From: a virus
IMG/VR virus record: IMGVR_UViG_3300020046_009041
DNA: 37,041 nt
Reading direction: 5' to 3' (one strand)
Shown: positions 7,863 through 18,298 of the stretch, piece after piece
Numbering within the stretch: the first letter of the stretch is position 1
How the letters are laid out: the number at the start of each line of letters is the position of its first letter
Position numbers and translations under genes: made by a program
The notes under the pieces: generated by a model
Told to the model about the DNA's origin: nothing
Seen by the model: the letters and a program-made list of their open reading frames with translations, nothing else
Database searches by the model: none

Positions 7863-10015
7863 TAGACGTTACCCCCAAGAGAATAAATCACTTCAGCTCT
7901 TGGATCATCACTTTGAGCTGTAATATTAATCTTATTCCATCGATCAAACAACCAAACCCAAACATCCCCAGTATATCTATCAGCACCCCAAACAGTCCCA
8001 ACAGGATGAGACTGAGGAGTATTGGTCTGCTCATATGCGAAAGGTATGTTTGTAATTCCGTTCAATGGAGTGAAATTTTGAATATTATGAAAATCTTGTA
8101 TTGGAGCCATGAAATCCACGGCTTCAATAACAGTAGTTGTACCATTTTGACATGTTAGAACAACATCATGAAATCCTAATGTTGCAGATCTTACTGCATT
8201 CAAAATAGACGCAATAGACGCACCATCTAGAGTCAATGTAAACGTAGCTCCAGCAGTTCCAATAATAGCGAACGATGTTCCGTAAAAGCTAAACTTTAAT
8301 TTACTATTAGTGCTACTTCCTGCTGCAAAAACTCCACCTGCTGATGCAGTTGTAGTGCCTCTAGCCCAATCACCAGTAAAATACAGGCTATCCGCATAAA
8401 TACGCTTATAGGTGCCACCAGCATGAAGTGTGGCATTAATAGCTGATCTATTTACGGCATTAACTGTGTTGGCAAACTCCGCTATAAGTCCAGTTGTAAC
8501 ACCTTGAGGTTTTGCAAATTGATAGAAATTAATTTTGTTTATTGATACCCCACCATAAGAAGCGCCAGCATAACAAACAAAACTATTCCAACCAGGACCT
8601 GCATCAGTAAAGACAGTGCGACGAATAGTACCCGTAAAGCCTTCGTTGTATCCATGAGAAATAGTCCCGTTTATTCCGAAAGTAGCATGCCAAATTCCAG
8701 CACCAGCATATTCAATTTCACAAGCTGAGAAATTTCCTTCAACTTGAATAAATCCAGAAGCCCCAGCAAAGCCCATTCCTAACAAGCTATCGTAAGCGTT
8801 CATGTTGATATTAGAGCCCCATACTCGGTACTCTAAGTCAGATGCTGAATAGTAAAAGTTACCAGATCCAGATTGCCCGAATCCATTAGTTCCTACTAAT
8901 ACATTCCCAGTTCTAGGATCAAATGTTCCAGACTTAACATAAAGACTTGCATTAATAGCTACAGTTCCTCCAGCATACCAAGCCCTATATAAAGGGCCGC
9001 TCACTCCGAAAGCTGTGGAGGGGGTCACGGTCAAGGTGTCAGTCGATACGTTGGTAATAGTCCCCACATAAAAACTAGAACCACTCGAAACAGACACGAC
9101 CCCCATTCCTACTAGAAACGACGATCCAGTTCCGGTTGTGACTGTAATATTTGCGCCAGCCCCACCATTGTTACCAATAGTCTCAAGCGCTGTTGGCTCT
9201 TGTGTATCTATTTGAGCCATTGCCGCAGATGACATGCTGATAACGCTCATTGCTCCAAGCCTTCCACTTACAGTAGGAAGAGCTAGAGTCGATCCAGCAG
9301 TTGTTGTTTGTTTGTTCTTATTAACGTAAACATTTCCTGGGAATACTTGAATGTTTCCGCCTGTATTTTCAGAATAAACAGCAAAACCTGTTACTAGTAA
9401 GTCACCAGTTTGGTTTGCTGTAAGTCTAAAATCATGAATGTTGTTTGTCTCGTTAGCGTTTGCATGCTCTAGTAAACTGTACTGTCTATATCCTTGCCCA
9501 ATCATTCCAGGATTAGAGCCACCAAAGCTAATATCGTTTCCAGTGTCTACACCATCGACGACGATATCGGCCGTCCCAGTGGAATCCACAGAAGGAGCTG
9601 TGTTGAAAGATACCCTTCGAAAAACACCAGTAATACCAATACCGTCGTCGATATTGTTCACGCTAATGACTCGACCATTAGCTTGATTTAAAAGTTTCAC
9701 ATCTCCGTATGCATAAGCGTATGCACCAGGGAAATTTTCAGTAAAAATAATTTGGTAAGTAGGTTTGTTGTTGATCCAACTAGCACGGTCATCAATAAGA
9801 ACCATGTCTTTAACCCATAAATCCTTTTTACCGTATTTTGCGGAATTATCGTTTCCGAAATACTGATTCATAGGGTTGGTGCTAACAGTAGACGAAAATC
9901 CAGTATTGTTTGAAGCAGGAAGACTTACGTCAAGAAAGACGTCTTGAGCATATTGCCCAGATGAGCTAGCGACACCGCCACCTACTGTAAAATAAGTCGA
10001 AATATTAAAACCCAT
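7862..10015 (-). CDS. Large tail fibre / tailspike-like protein (717 aa)
   Basis: Second-largest structural ORF; G/S/T/N-rich and looks beta-rich; GAGGGAG SD; position after the head genes. Confidence 0.6.
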   Translation of the reverse strand: MGFNISTYFTVGGGVASSSGQYAQDVFLDVSLPASNNTGFSSTVSTNPMNQYFGNDNSAKYGKKDLWVKDMVLIDDRASWINNKPTYQIIFTENFPGAYAYAYGDVKLLNQANGRVISVNNIDDGIGITGVFRRVSFNTAPSVDSTGTADIVVDGVDTGNDISFGGSNPGMIGQGYRQYSLLEHANANETNNIHDFRLTANQTGDLLVTGFAVYSENTGGNIQVFPGNVYVNKNKQTTTAGSTLALPTVSGRLGAMSVISMSSAAMAQIDTQEPTALETIGNNGGAGANITVTTGTGSSFLVGMGVVSVSSGSSFYVGTITNVSTDTLTVTPSTAFGVSGPLYRAWYAGGTVAINASLYVKSGTFDPRTGNVLVGTNGFGQSGSGNFYYSASDLEYRVWGSNINMNAYDSLLGMGFAGASGFIQVEGNFSACEIEYAGAGIWHATFGINGTISHGYNEGFTGTIRRTVFTDAGPGWNSFVCYAGASYGGVSINKINFYQFAKPQGVTTGLIAEFANTVNAVNRSAINATLHAGGTYKRIYADSLYFTGDWARGTTTASAGGVFAAGSSTNSKLKFSFYGTSFAIIGTAGATFTLTLDGASIASILNAVRSATLGFHDVVLTCQNGTTTVIEAVDFMAPIQDFHNIQNFTPLNGITNIPFAYEQTNTPQSHPVGTVWGADRYTGDVWVWLFDRWNKINITAQSDDPRAEVIYSLGGNV

Positions 10016-10041
10016 ACGCTCCCTCGTTTAGGATGAGCAAA

Positions 10042-10068
10042 GGATGTGGAGTTTTTAATTCCACACCC
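10042..10068 (-). terminator. Weak hairpin (possible attenuator) after the capsid-associated genes
   Basis: GGaTGTGGA-gtttttaat-TCCACAcCC in the 96-nt gap 10016..10111. On the minus-strand RNA the stem is followed only by UUUG. Confidence 0.3.
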
Positions 10069-10111
10069 TAAACATGAGGTAAAGCCATCCCTAGCAAACC
10101 CCAAGACTTGA

Positions 10112-10549
10112 TTAGTAATTTACTCCCATGACATTCTTGTAATCAGCAGTAGCCTTAACGACTAGTTGAACTACAGCGCTTGCCACAGCAGTATTAGCAA
10201 CACCAGTAACGATCTCAAGTACATCACCAGCTTGAGCCTGCAATAATGTTGACCCATAAGAAGGAATTAGTGAAGCACGCATTGGTCCGCTAGTTCCAAA
10301 AAATATAGGCGTCATTGTTGCAAACTGACCAGAAATGTATGTTACTCCTCCGGATGTATTTCTCACAAATCTGAAATACCAGATAGGTGATCCAGACAAT
10401 CCAGAAACAGAAACATAAAGATCTTTTATATCTGCCTGAAATGGTACAACTATCGACGCCAAAGTAGAACTTGTGGCCACCAAGCTGTATCTAGCAGATA
10501 GCACTTTTGTCTGCTCTGTTACGTCTAGCTCTCGGTTAATAATACCCAT
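10112..10549 (-). CDS. Capsid-module paralogue B (145 aa), decoration or auxiliary head protein candidate
   Basis: Shares INRELDVTEQ / LSGSP / RNTSGGVTYISG / GTSGPMRASL / LQAQAGDVLE / VKATADYK blocks with the upstream 161-aa ORF. Confidence 0.7.
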   Translation of the reverse strand: MGIINRELDVTEQTKVLSARYSLVATSSTLASIVVPFQADIKDLYVSVSGLSGSPIWYFRFVRNTSGGVTYISGQFATMTPIFFGTSGPMRASLIPSYGSTLLQAQAGDVLEIVTGVANTAVASAVVQLVVKATADYKNVMGVNY

Positions 10550-10558
10550 AAAGCCTCC

Positions 10559-11044
10559 TTAACTTGTTGCGACTTGGTTAAAGAAAGCTTTTGCATCAGC
10601 AGAAGCTTTAATGACAAGATTTACAACGAGAGAGCTTACCGCTGAAGTTGTTCCAGCAAGACGACCCTCAATTACGTCCCCAGCTTGTAGGAACAATAAT
10701 GAAGAACCGCTAGCCGCAAGAGAAGCTCGCAATGGTCCGCTAGTTCCAGGCAACGCTACTGCTAGAGCTGCTTGAAATAGTCCGGAAATATAAGTGGCAC
10801 CACCGGCTGTGTTTCGCACTACGCGAATGTCAAGCGTTGGTGATCCAGATAGTCCGGTACCAGCTACATAAGCATCAACTAGAGTGCTAACAAATGGGAT
10901 CATCCCAAAAGTAATTGTTGCACCTGTAGCGATACACAATGAACCAAGTACAGTCGAAGCACCTGTGGATGCTTGCGGATTTACTGCATAGTTCAAAGCG
11001 ACTCGCTGTTCAGAAAAATCCAAATCGCGATTAAAAATAGGCAT
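10559..11044 (-). CDS. Capsid-module paralogue A (161 aa)
   Basis: FNRDLDFSEQ / LSGSP / RNTAGGATYISG / GTSGPLRASL / LQAGDVIE / IKASADAK, collinear with 10112..10549. Confidence 0.7.
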   Translation of the reverse strand: MPIFNRDLDFSEQRVALNYAVNPQASTGASTVLGSLCIATGATITFGMIPFVSTLVDAYVAGTGLSGSPTLDIRVVRNTAGGATYISGLFQAALAVALPGTSGPLRASLAASGSSLLFLQAGDVIEGRLAGTTSAVSSLVVNLVIKASADAKAFFNQVATS

Positions 11045-11055
11045 TTCCTACTCCT

Positions 11056-11490
11056 TTATTTTTTCATATTTGCAGTGTTTATGTCGTTAAAAGTCTTCCT
11101 GAATTGTCCTGCAAAATCATACAAGAAGGCTTCGGTATTATTTTTTCTATCCCGCTCCCTGGACTTGGCTGCCTTGATCTGTTTCTCCTCAAGCTCTTTC
11201 ATAAACTCTGTTCGATTCCACGAGTCTATTTGTTGGAGTCTTGCGTAAATAAGCTCAAGTCCCCACTCTCGTGGGTTACTAGCTTCAGTCCAGTTATCGG
11301 TTAGAGAAATAACGTGATATGGACAGTCTCGGAAATATCCGTAAACAATTCCGTTATGTTCAAACTTTTCTAAGCAATAATCTTTACGGTAAATATGAAT
11401 CTTTCGATTGTTAAATTTATTCCGTTCAGCGTAAAGCTTTTTATCGTATGACTTAACCAATTTGTTTACTTCCTTAAGCCGAAAATCCAT
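11056..11490 (-). CDS. Hypothetical protein (144 aa) downstream of the capsid gene
   Basis: ORF that fills the gap; charged, with no motif recognised. Confidence 0.65.
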   Translation of the reverse strand: MDFRLKEVNKLVKSYDKKLYAERNKFNNRKIHIYRKDYCLEKFEHNGIVYGYFRDCPYHVISLTDNWTEASNPREWGLELIYARLQQIDSWNRTEFMKELEEKQIKAAKSRERDRKNNTEAFLYDFAGQFRKTFNDINTANMKK

Positions 11491-11505
11491 CCATATCCTC
11501 CGTAA

Positions 11506-12729
11506 TTATGGGCTAATGTAGTTTCTTAACACTGAACATGCAGATGGCTTCTCATTGAACAAGTTCATAAACATACGAACTCGAACTTCAAGTGCATCTT
11601 GCGATGTTTTTGCAATGTACATGGACCCTGTTTCATCAGCGAATTCCATTTCTGCTAACACGTATGCCTTAAGAGCAGATTCATCTAAGAAGAATAAGCG
11701 AGTTGGGCAATCTTTATCAGCTACAATAGGAATCGAGTTGAATTCCAAGAAACTTTCTTCAGCAGAAGCAAATCCGCCATCACCTTTCACAGTGTTGGTG
11801 TAACGCTTATCTGCAGTTAGAAGCTTCTGGTAATAACGTTGGCTATCAAAGTCGCAATAAATAGCAGAGTATTTAGCGCCCCCTCGACGTTTTCCTTCGT
11901 TCCAAGCAAATTGCATTTTATCCAAAGACAATTGTGCTCCAAGATTGTTGATCGCGTTTCCTTGGTATTGACGAGAAACAGATCGATCGATGTTGTAGAT
12001 TGTGGATGTTCCACCGTCTAGAGCATACAATAGACCTTGAATTTCGTTACCATAAGAATTCCAGCGAACTAGAATGTCTGTAGCAGCAACAGTTACCGCA
12101 CTCGATAGAGTAAGCGATGCACTTGTCGCAGGCTGACCAGTTGTAGTCATCGAGTTAATTGTCACACCACTAGCTTTTTGAGTAGTGAATGTAGCATCCC
12201 AGATATCTACAACAAGACCTATATCCAAGAACTTGTCTGCAGCTTCAGTGCTTTCTCGTCCTGTTACGGAAATAACGTTTGTTCCAGATGCAGCAGCCGA
12301 AACTGTTGCAAGGGCTCCGTTACCATTCCACGAAAGCTGTCTGTTCAAGTCGCTTTTTAAATCGACATAACCTTGCTCGAGCTCATAACTGGCGGACCGA
12401 ACAAACGAACCGACATCAGATGCAGAAGCCTTGATCATTGGACCAGTAACAGCGAATACAAGATAGTTGAACTTTGCTTGGATCAACGCTTGTACAGTTG
12501 TTTGGTAACCAGAACTTGGAAGAACTCCCGCGTCTGCGATAGCTCCAATCCCTTGGTTACGTTTGGTTTTCAATGGTCGAACCACTTGATAACCAGACCA
12601 TCCTTGTTTAATTTTCTCTGCTCCACGATAAACAGGAACATCATCATTGAACTGAGATTTTAGAGGACCTTGATAATAATTTTTCAACTCGGCAAGACCG
12701 GTTGTAATTGACTGGACTAAATTTGCCAT
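11506..12729 (-). CDS. Major capsid protein (407 aa)
   Basis: Size and position immediately after the scaffold-like gene and portal; typical portal-scaffold-capsid order; strong coding signal. Confidence 0.7.
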   Translation of the reverse strand: MANLVQSITTGLAELKNYYQGPLKSQFNDDVPVYRGAEKIKQGWSGYQVVRPLKTKRNQGIGAIADAGVLPSSGYQTTVQALIQAKFNYLVFAVTGPMIKASASDVGSFVRSASYELEQGYVDLKSDLNRQLSWNGNGALATVSAAASGTNVISVTGRESTEAADKFLDIGLVVDIWDATFTTQKASGVTINSMTTTGQPATSASLTLSSAVTVAATDILVRWNSYGNEIQGLLYALDGGTSTIYNIDRSVSRQYQGNAINNLGAQLSLDKMQFAWNEGKRRGGAKYSAIYCDFDSQRYYQKLLTADKRYTNTVKGDGGFASAEESFLEFNSIPIVADKDCPTRLFFLDESALKAYVLAEMEFADETGSMYIAKTSQDALEVRVRMFMNLFNEKPSACSVLRNYISP

Positions 12730-12743
12730 TTAATCGCTCCTTT

Positions 12744-13586
12744 TTAAATGCGTCCTTCGGCAGCATCCTTAAGCATTGCTTCCCTTGCTCCCTTAAGAGT
12801 TTTTACGTCTTTAGGTGCTTGAGTTGGTATTCCACCACCTGCTGCAATATCTTTAGATCTTTGTCCGACTGACTTTTGGTTGTTAAATTTATTTGAAGCA
12901 CGACCCTCATAAGCAGACTTAATCTCATCATTAACTGCCTTAAAGATTCTTCCCCATGTTTTATCATCGATAGTTGGCTGATTTACGCCATCTTCTTCTT
13001 GCTTTGCCAGTTGTTGTTGAGCATAAGTAATAGCTAGATTTTCAGCTAGCTTACCATTGAAATACTCATACTTGCTGGAAGCTTCTTTAAACAATGAGTC
13101 GATCTTCATCTCGTGAGCTTGAACTTCTTTTTGATGAAGCATTTGCTCTACCTGCTCTAAACGAGACATTAATTGAGGATCAATCTGATTCTGAGTTTGC
13201 TGCATTGGCTGAGATCCAAAAACATCTCTAAGAATATTTCTCGCCATTTGGTGAAACTGTGGCGGATATGTCTTAAAGAATTCTTGAATTAAACTTGGAT
13301 TATCTCGAAGTTTCTCAAGATCATAAGGTAGAGCGGCTTGATACTTTAAGCTTTCGCGCTCCCTCTTAATCTCTTCAGTTTTCCTAGAATAATCCTGCTG
13401 CCTCATCAATGCGCTTTTGAGTTCTTTCGGGTCCCATTCGCGCCCTTCATAACGGACCTTACTCGTGTACTTATCCAGATCGAATACGTCTTGGGCTTTT
13501 TGGGTTGTCTCCGGGGCCTCATCAGCTTGTCCAGAGGTCCCTAAGTCCCCAAAAGACTCGGTTGCCTGTCCAGTTAACTCTTCCAT
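12744..13586 (-). CDS. Scaffolding protein candidate (280 aa)
   Basis: Acidic N-terminus, long Q/E/K-rich helical-looking body, basic C-terminus; lies between portal and capsid. Confidence 0.55.
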   Translation of the reverse strand: MEELTGQATESFGDLGTSGQADEAPETTQKAQDVFDLDKYTSKVRYEGREWDPKELKSALMRQQDYSRKTEEIKRERESLKYQAALPYDLEKLRDNPSLIQEFFKTYPPQFHQMARNILRDVFGSQPMQQTQNQIDPQLMSRLEQVEQMLHQKEVQAHEMKIDSLFKEASSKYEYFNGKLAENLAITYAQQQLAKQEEDGVNQPTIDDKTWGRIFKAVNDEIKSAYEGRASNKFNNQKSVGQRSKDIAAGGGIPTQAPKDVKTLKGAREAMLKDAAEGRI

Positions 13587-13619
13587 GAAACTAAATTCCT
13601 TCCTTGAAACTGTTTATGG

Positions 13620-13934
13620 CTATTTCATCGCTTTTGCTTTTTGCATCGCGAGTTTTACCTTTCCTTTAAGTGATTTTGCTTCGTAATCAGAAACCTTATC
13701 GTCATCTACCGAAGCTGCCATAGGATTTTTAACCTGTGGCTTTGTTGTAACTTCATTTACGATATCTTGAGAACCTTGGTCCTCCATAGATTCATCAGCC
13801 AACTCCATACCATTAGCATCTTCATCATTATCGCTTAGCTCTGCTGTTAACTTGCCGTTATCATCTTGATGGATATCAAGAGAGATTGTTCCAAGTTTCT
13901 TTTTCATCAAAGCATCTTGCATTGGACTATTCAT
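13620..13934 (-). CDS. Highly acidic small protein (104 aa)
   Basis: D/E-rich (DNDEDANGMELADESMEDQGSQD); ATG directly abuts the portal stop (TAAATG). Confidence 0.6.
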   Translation of the reverse strand: MNSPMQDALMKKKLGTISLDIHQDDNGKLTAELSDNDEDANGMELADESMEDQGSQDIVNEVTTKPQVKNPMAASVDDDKVSDYEAKSLKGKVKLAMQKAKAMK

Positions 13935-16031
13935 TTACATTCCCCCTGCGTTTAACTGACTATTTAATTGATCCTGTGTTTGCTGATTGAGTTCATCTAC
14001 CTGACCTGCGACTTTATCAGTTGTAGAAAGCCCAGGCTCTGGCGGAGGTGGAGCATCTAATGCTGGCCCCCCTTGTGGAGGCATCCCATCTGGTTCAAGA
14101 CCAGGAGGAGGCGGAGCCACTCCACCATCTAAACCTGGTGGCTGCTGAACTCCTGCGGCCATTAATTCAAATTGTAAGTGTTGCTCAATATTGGTCAATA
14201 GAATCTGTTGCTGCCATGGTTCTAAGGTTAAGAACTTGTCACCTTTTCGATATCTATTCTTTTCTCTAATGTGAATCTCGTGGTTATCAAGCTCGTGAGC
14301 CTCTTCCATTGGAAAACCTTTTTCAAGATTATCAATATCTCTCTTAACTTGATTACTATCAAGGGCCGTGTCTTCCCAAACTTCACCAACATCACCGAAC
14401 TCAAGCATTTTAAGAACTTTTTGACTAACACTTGGATCTTGAGGATTACCAAACAATCCTTGTTGAAATAGTGTGATGATAAAGTCTCGTTTTGCCGTGA
14501 TAGATCCAGGAAGTGTCGATCCTTCAATGACCATTACGTCATTGTTTTCACGCATGTCCTGACCTTCAAACTCTTTAACAGTATATTCTAGGTTTTGACC
14601 TGCAATTTTCAAAACTCTTGGAGTGATATAATTCTTTTGTGCAGATTTTAGAGCTAACTGCATTGTTTTGGCTAATGCTAGCTCATTTCTTCTAGCAACA
14701 ATCCCTATTCTTGTATCATCTTGCTCAGATAACCAAGAAAGAGCAATCGCCGCTGTTACTCCACCAGGTGGAACACCACGAGAGGCTTCATTAATACCAA
14801 AAATATCATCAAGCATTGCATCGAGAGTCTTTTCCTCTTCATATGCATAGCTTGGCATTGCTGGAGCAGGCATTGCTGCTGGTGGTGGAGCGTTTGGGAC
14901 TGGATTGTACTCTAAAACTTCACCAGATTGGTCGTTTAACTGCTCGGCATGTAGACCAGAGCCACGAGCCACAAGATATTTACCTGCCAATAGACGATTA
15001 GTCCAAGCAGCACGCATACTAATAACACGGTTAAGCTGATCCTGAATAGGACGAGCATGGGTGATAACACTTTCAGAGTTATATTTTCCACCAATGACAA
15101 TATCATCGAACTTAACAAACGGAAATTCTCCATTTGGAAGCTCCTTGTCCTCTAGTTTTACTCCATTAGCGCAAATAATCATGCGACCATTAGGATATTT
15201 TTTACATCTTTTCTCATAGTATACCAGCTCGATTGCGGAATCCTTCATTTGATTAGCAATACCAGTGGTAGGACCTGTAACAGTTAGGTTGTTAATTCGC
15301 TGTTCATACTGAACGCTTAAGAGCCATGCGCCCTCTTCTTTAACCTGATCACCAATTCCAGGGTAATTATCCCGGAAATACTGTAATGATCTAACCTTTG
15401 CTTGAACTACCCATCGGCAATCATCTAAAGTTTTAGCTAATGGGTCAGGAAATATCTCAAAAGGAGATACCACATCGATTCTTACGTCACCTTCAAACTC
15501 AGATTCACCGGTTAAAGGATCTTCTATTAGGTTACCCAAGTTTGGGTCCCAAGAAACTTTTAAATAAGCATGGCCAGCCTGTTGTACCCACATGTAAAGA
15601 TCAATGAGCCTAGCCGGCATCTTCTCTTTTTCCCAGATCATCTCTAGGACTTGTTCGCTTAATCTTGCCGCGTCTTTGTCTTCAGTGTCATTGCTATTTG
15701 GTTTAACAATATACTTAGGTCGTGATTTGAGAAGCCTTGAGAGCCTATTCTGCGCTCGTGAAATAATTTTATTAACATGGATTCTATTTCGTTTGAGATA
15801 TGAATGTGCGCGTCCGACAGTTTTAAATTGTCTGGAAGTTGTATCGTAATAAACACTGTCAAACCCCAGTAGGTAAGCAATGTTAGTCATTACTTGACCT
15901 TCAAAAGTTACACGTGATCCAGAGGATCGGACTTCCTCAATTTTCTTCTTAATGAACTCGCAGACGCGCTTGTCGTCCACTTGTTCAATATCCTCACCGA
16001 AAATCTTCATCCCATCCATAGGATTGTCCAT
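13935..16031 (-). CDS. Portal protein (698 aa) with a Pro/Gly-rich C-terminal tail
   Basis: Size, position between terL-C and the scaffold; C-terminus PPGLDGGVAPPPPGLEPDGMPPQGGPALDAPPPPEPGL. Confidence 0.7.
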   Translation of the reverse strand: MDNPMDGMKIFGEDIEQVDDKRVCEFIKKKIEEVRSSGSRVTFEGQVMTNIAYLLGFDSVYYDTTSRQFKTVGRAHSYLKRNRIHVNKIISRAQNRLSRLLKSRPKYIVKPNSNDTEDKDAARLSEQVLEMIWEKEKMPARLIDLYMWVQQAGHAYLKVSWDPNLGNLIEDPLTGESEFEGDVRIDVVSPFEIFPDPLAKTLDDCRWVVQAKVRSLQYFRDNYPGIGDQVKEEGAWLLSVQYEQRINNLTVTGPTTGIANQMKDSAIELVYYEKRCKKYPNGRMIICANGVKLEDKELPNGEFPFVKFDDIVIGGKYNSESVITHARPIQDQLNRVISMRAAWTNRLLAGKYLVARGSGLHAEQLNDQSGEVLEYNPVPNAPPPAAMPAPAMPSYAYEEEKTLDAMLDDIFGINEASRGVPPGGVTAAIALSWLSEQDDTRIGIVARRNELALAKTMQLALKSAQKNYITPRVLKIAGQNLEYTVKEFEGQDMRENNDVMVIEGSTLPGSITAKRDFIITLFQQGLFGNPQDPSVSQKVLKMLEFGDVGEVWEDTALDSNQVKRDIDNLEKGFPMEEAHELDNHEIHIREKNRYRKGDKFLTLEPWQQQILLTNIEQHLQFELMAAGVQQPPGLDGGVAPPPPGLEPDGMPPQGGPALDAPPPPEPGLSTTDKVAGQVDELNQQTQDQLNSQLNAGGM

Positions 16032-16041
16032 CTATATTCCT

Positions 16042-16260
16042 TTAAAGAAAGTCGCGCATAACGCTCAAGTCTTCCGCATCCTCTATAACCTTAAAGACTT
16101 CAGGCTTCTTAACGGTATCTTGAACCGTCTTCGCCATCTCATATTCATGGTAACTGCGACTCATAAGTTTATTAAGTAATTTGTGCGTCGCTGTCCAAAA
16201 AATAACCTCCCTGGCAACAATAAATGCCAATAGGAATAGTATAATAATTGGATCAGACAT
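16042..16260 (-). CDS. Small membrane protein (72 aa)
   Basis: N-terminal hydrophobic stretch IIILFLLAFIVAREVIFW. Confidence 0.55.
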   Translation of the reverse strand: MSDPIIILFLLAFIVAREVIFWTATHKLLNKLMSRSYHEYEMAKTVQDTVKKPEVFKVIEDAEDLSVMRDFL

Positions 16261-16564
16261 TGCCGTGGAGTCTATCTTCTAAATTTTCGACAGGCTTATT
16301 TGCTAGCTTTTCTTTAGTTCCCTTTAGGCAAAGCTTAACTTCTTTAACAATACAGTATCCTTGATCACCAATTCCTTTTGGGAAATACCGATCGATATAC
16401 TCCTGGCTTACTTCTACCCACCTATCTTCAAATGGAAGACCTAAAGACTTAACTTTATCTATTTCAGACAAAACAACCATGTCTTCTGGATGATACATTC
16501 CGTATACAGCTCCCATATCTACAGGTTTCAAAGTCTCATTGGGATTAATAGCTTTCGCCATCAT
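16253..16564 (-). CDS. Hypothetical protein (103 aa)
   Basis: ORF overlapping the end of terL-C by 20 nt; no motif recognised. Confidence 0.6.
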   Translation of the reverse strand: MMAKAINPNETLKPVDMGAVYGMYHPEDMVVLSEIDKVKSLGLPFEDRWVEVSQEYIDRYFPKGIGDQGYCIVKEVKLCLKGTKEKLANKPVENLEDRLHGNV

Positions 16565-17339
16565 AAGCCTCCTTGTTCTTTTTTAGCAGGTTCTTAATGT
16601 ACCAGCTTTCATATCCAGGATCGTTAGGTGCTGGATCTGTCATTATCTTAGCAGGCTTTTGAGGATACACAACTATCTCATCCATATAAGCCAGTGAGTC
16701 AATCAAATCATCATGGGCTCCACGTGGGAATTGTCCCAACTCCATCTCAAGATCAGTTAGTCCTTGAGCAAAATATATTCTACCGAATTCAAATCGTGGA
16801 ACTAGTGACAATATACGAGTTGATTTTGATTTACTTGTATCTGGTTTAATTCCTTTAACTGGAACAACCTCACCACGCCTCTGCATCTCTTCGGCACACA
16901 TATAGAGCAGAGCTTTTTGATAAGCTACTTCTTCGATACCTATAACCATTGGTTTAAAAACCTGATTTGCTTTAAACACAAGGTTAACAATTTCAGTAGG
17001 AGATATCTTATATCTGTTAGCTGCTACCACATACCACTTCTTGTCTTCATCGACTTTTATAACAACAAGAGCAGTAAAATCATTATGTACATCAGTGCCA
17101 ATAGCAGGATCAATAAACACGAAAGTATTGGTAGGTGCAGGTATTGTTTCGAAGTACCTAAACCATTCTTTTTTAAACGACTTGGCATCATCTGGAATTA
17201 CCACATTTTGGTATTGGTTGGCGAAGATATACGATCCAAGCATCTTATGCTGTTGGTCCAGGAACTCTTTACTTAATCGTTCTGGAAAGAAAAGAGAACC
17301 ATCATCTCTAATTGCTTTCTCGTAAATCATTTCCCACAT
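16545..17339 (-). CDS. terL: Terminase large subunit, C-terminal part (linker plus RNase-H-like nuclease domain) as a separate 264-aa ORF
   Basis: LFFPERLSKEFL...FANQYQN linker motif, then FVFIDPAIG...DFTALVVI, IGIEEVAYQ and GAHDDLIDSLAYM acidic blocks typical of TerL nucleases. Its ATG overlaps the upstream stop (TAATG). Confidence 0.8.
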   Translation of the reverse strand: MWEMIYEKAIRDDGSLFFPERLSKEFLDQQHKMLGSYIFANQYQNVVIPDDAKSFKKEWFRYFETIPAPTNTFVFIDPAIGTDVHNDFTALVVIKVDEDKKWYVVAANRYKISPTEIVNLVFKANQVFKPMVIGIEEVAYQKALLYMCAEEMQRRGEVVPVKGIKPDTSKSKSTRILSLVPRFEFGRIYFAQGLTDLEMELGQFPRGAHDDLIDSLAYMDEIVVYPQKPAKIMTDPAPNDPGYESWYIKNLLKKNKEAYDGESY

Positions 17340-18298
17340 TAACCAAATCCATAAATTCTTGATATAGTTCCATCATTACCTGGATCACCAACAGAACCAT
17401 CAGCCAAGCAAGGATTTCCACCATTACCACCAATAGCACTGCAATTAATACTTTCCGTATTATTTAAAGAGATTAAGACAATGACGCCACCACCACCGCC
17501 ACCACCGCCTCCGCCAATATCTCCACCATTACCATCTAAGCCATTTCCCCCTGCTGATCTAAAAAATCCTTGTCCGTAAATATTCTTAGCAGCGCAAACA
17601 ATTATGCCGCCGCCACCACCACCTGCTCCACCAGTTCCACCACCACCTTCACCATTGGAACCACCACCGCCACCACCACCGCCTGACCCACCTTGAAACG
17701 ATTCGTTGGTTGTAGCTACTTTGGCTTGAATCCAATTGATTGCATTTTGATAAAGATTAGATCCGCCTTTATACGAGAATGGATTTCCAGTTACTCCACC
17801 TAATCCACCAGTGGAAAAATTACTTCCACCACCATTTCCACCGTTACCACCATAACTGTTAGTGGCTCCCGCTGCATCCTCACCATTTACGTCAGAGCTA
17901 TCAGCCCCAGCTATTCCGTTACCATATACATTGCCGGCACCAGCGGTCTGACCATTAGCAGAGTTGTCTACTAATCCGTCATTCTTTAAATACTCTTTAC
18001 AGAAAATTCTAAAACCATTTGTTTTTATTGTTCCACTAATACCCACAGTTAATGAGTTATAGTACATATCCCTTGATAGAGTAGTTGTAGCTCCATCTAC
18101 CGTTACATTACCGTCTATCCCAGTTCCAAAAAAGAAATCATTAAAACTAGGTAAACCATCATAATTAGCTGATTGAGTTGTAATTGTGTATTGGCTTAAT
18201 GAAATACCATTAGGAATCTGAAGAGTTGAACTTGCCGCTACTTGAAAAGCAGGCAAAGAAGATCCAATAGAATAAAACGTGTAAAGCGTTTGACTCAT
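17339..18298 (-). CDS. Poly-glycine-tract protein, paralogue 1 (319 aa), fibre-like
   Basis: FGTGIDGNVTV...LSRDMYYNSLTV...GFRIFC N-terminal block. Two Gly runs (GGGGGGGGSNGEGGGGTGGAGGGGGG; GGGGGGGGGG), each followed by a hydrophobic strand (IIVCAAKNIYGQG; VIVLISL). Confidence 0.75.
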   Translation of the reverse strand: MSQTLYTFYSIGSSLPAFQVAASSTLQIPNGISLSQYTITTQSANYDGLPSFNDFFFGTGIDGNVTVDGATTTLSRDMYYNSLTVGISGTIKTNGFRIFCKEYLKNDGLVDNSANGQTAGAGNVYGNGIAGADSSDVNGEDAAGATNSYGGNGGNGGGSNFSTGGLGGVTGNPFSYKGGSNLYQNAINWIQAKVATTNESFQGGSGGGGGGGGSNGEGGGGTGGAGGGGGGIIVCAAKNIYGQGFFRSAGGNGLDGNGGDIGGGGGGGGGGVIVLISLNNTESINCSAIGGNGGNPCLADGSVGDPGNDGTISRIYGFG

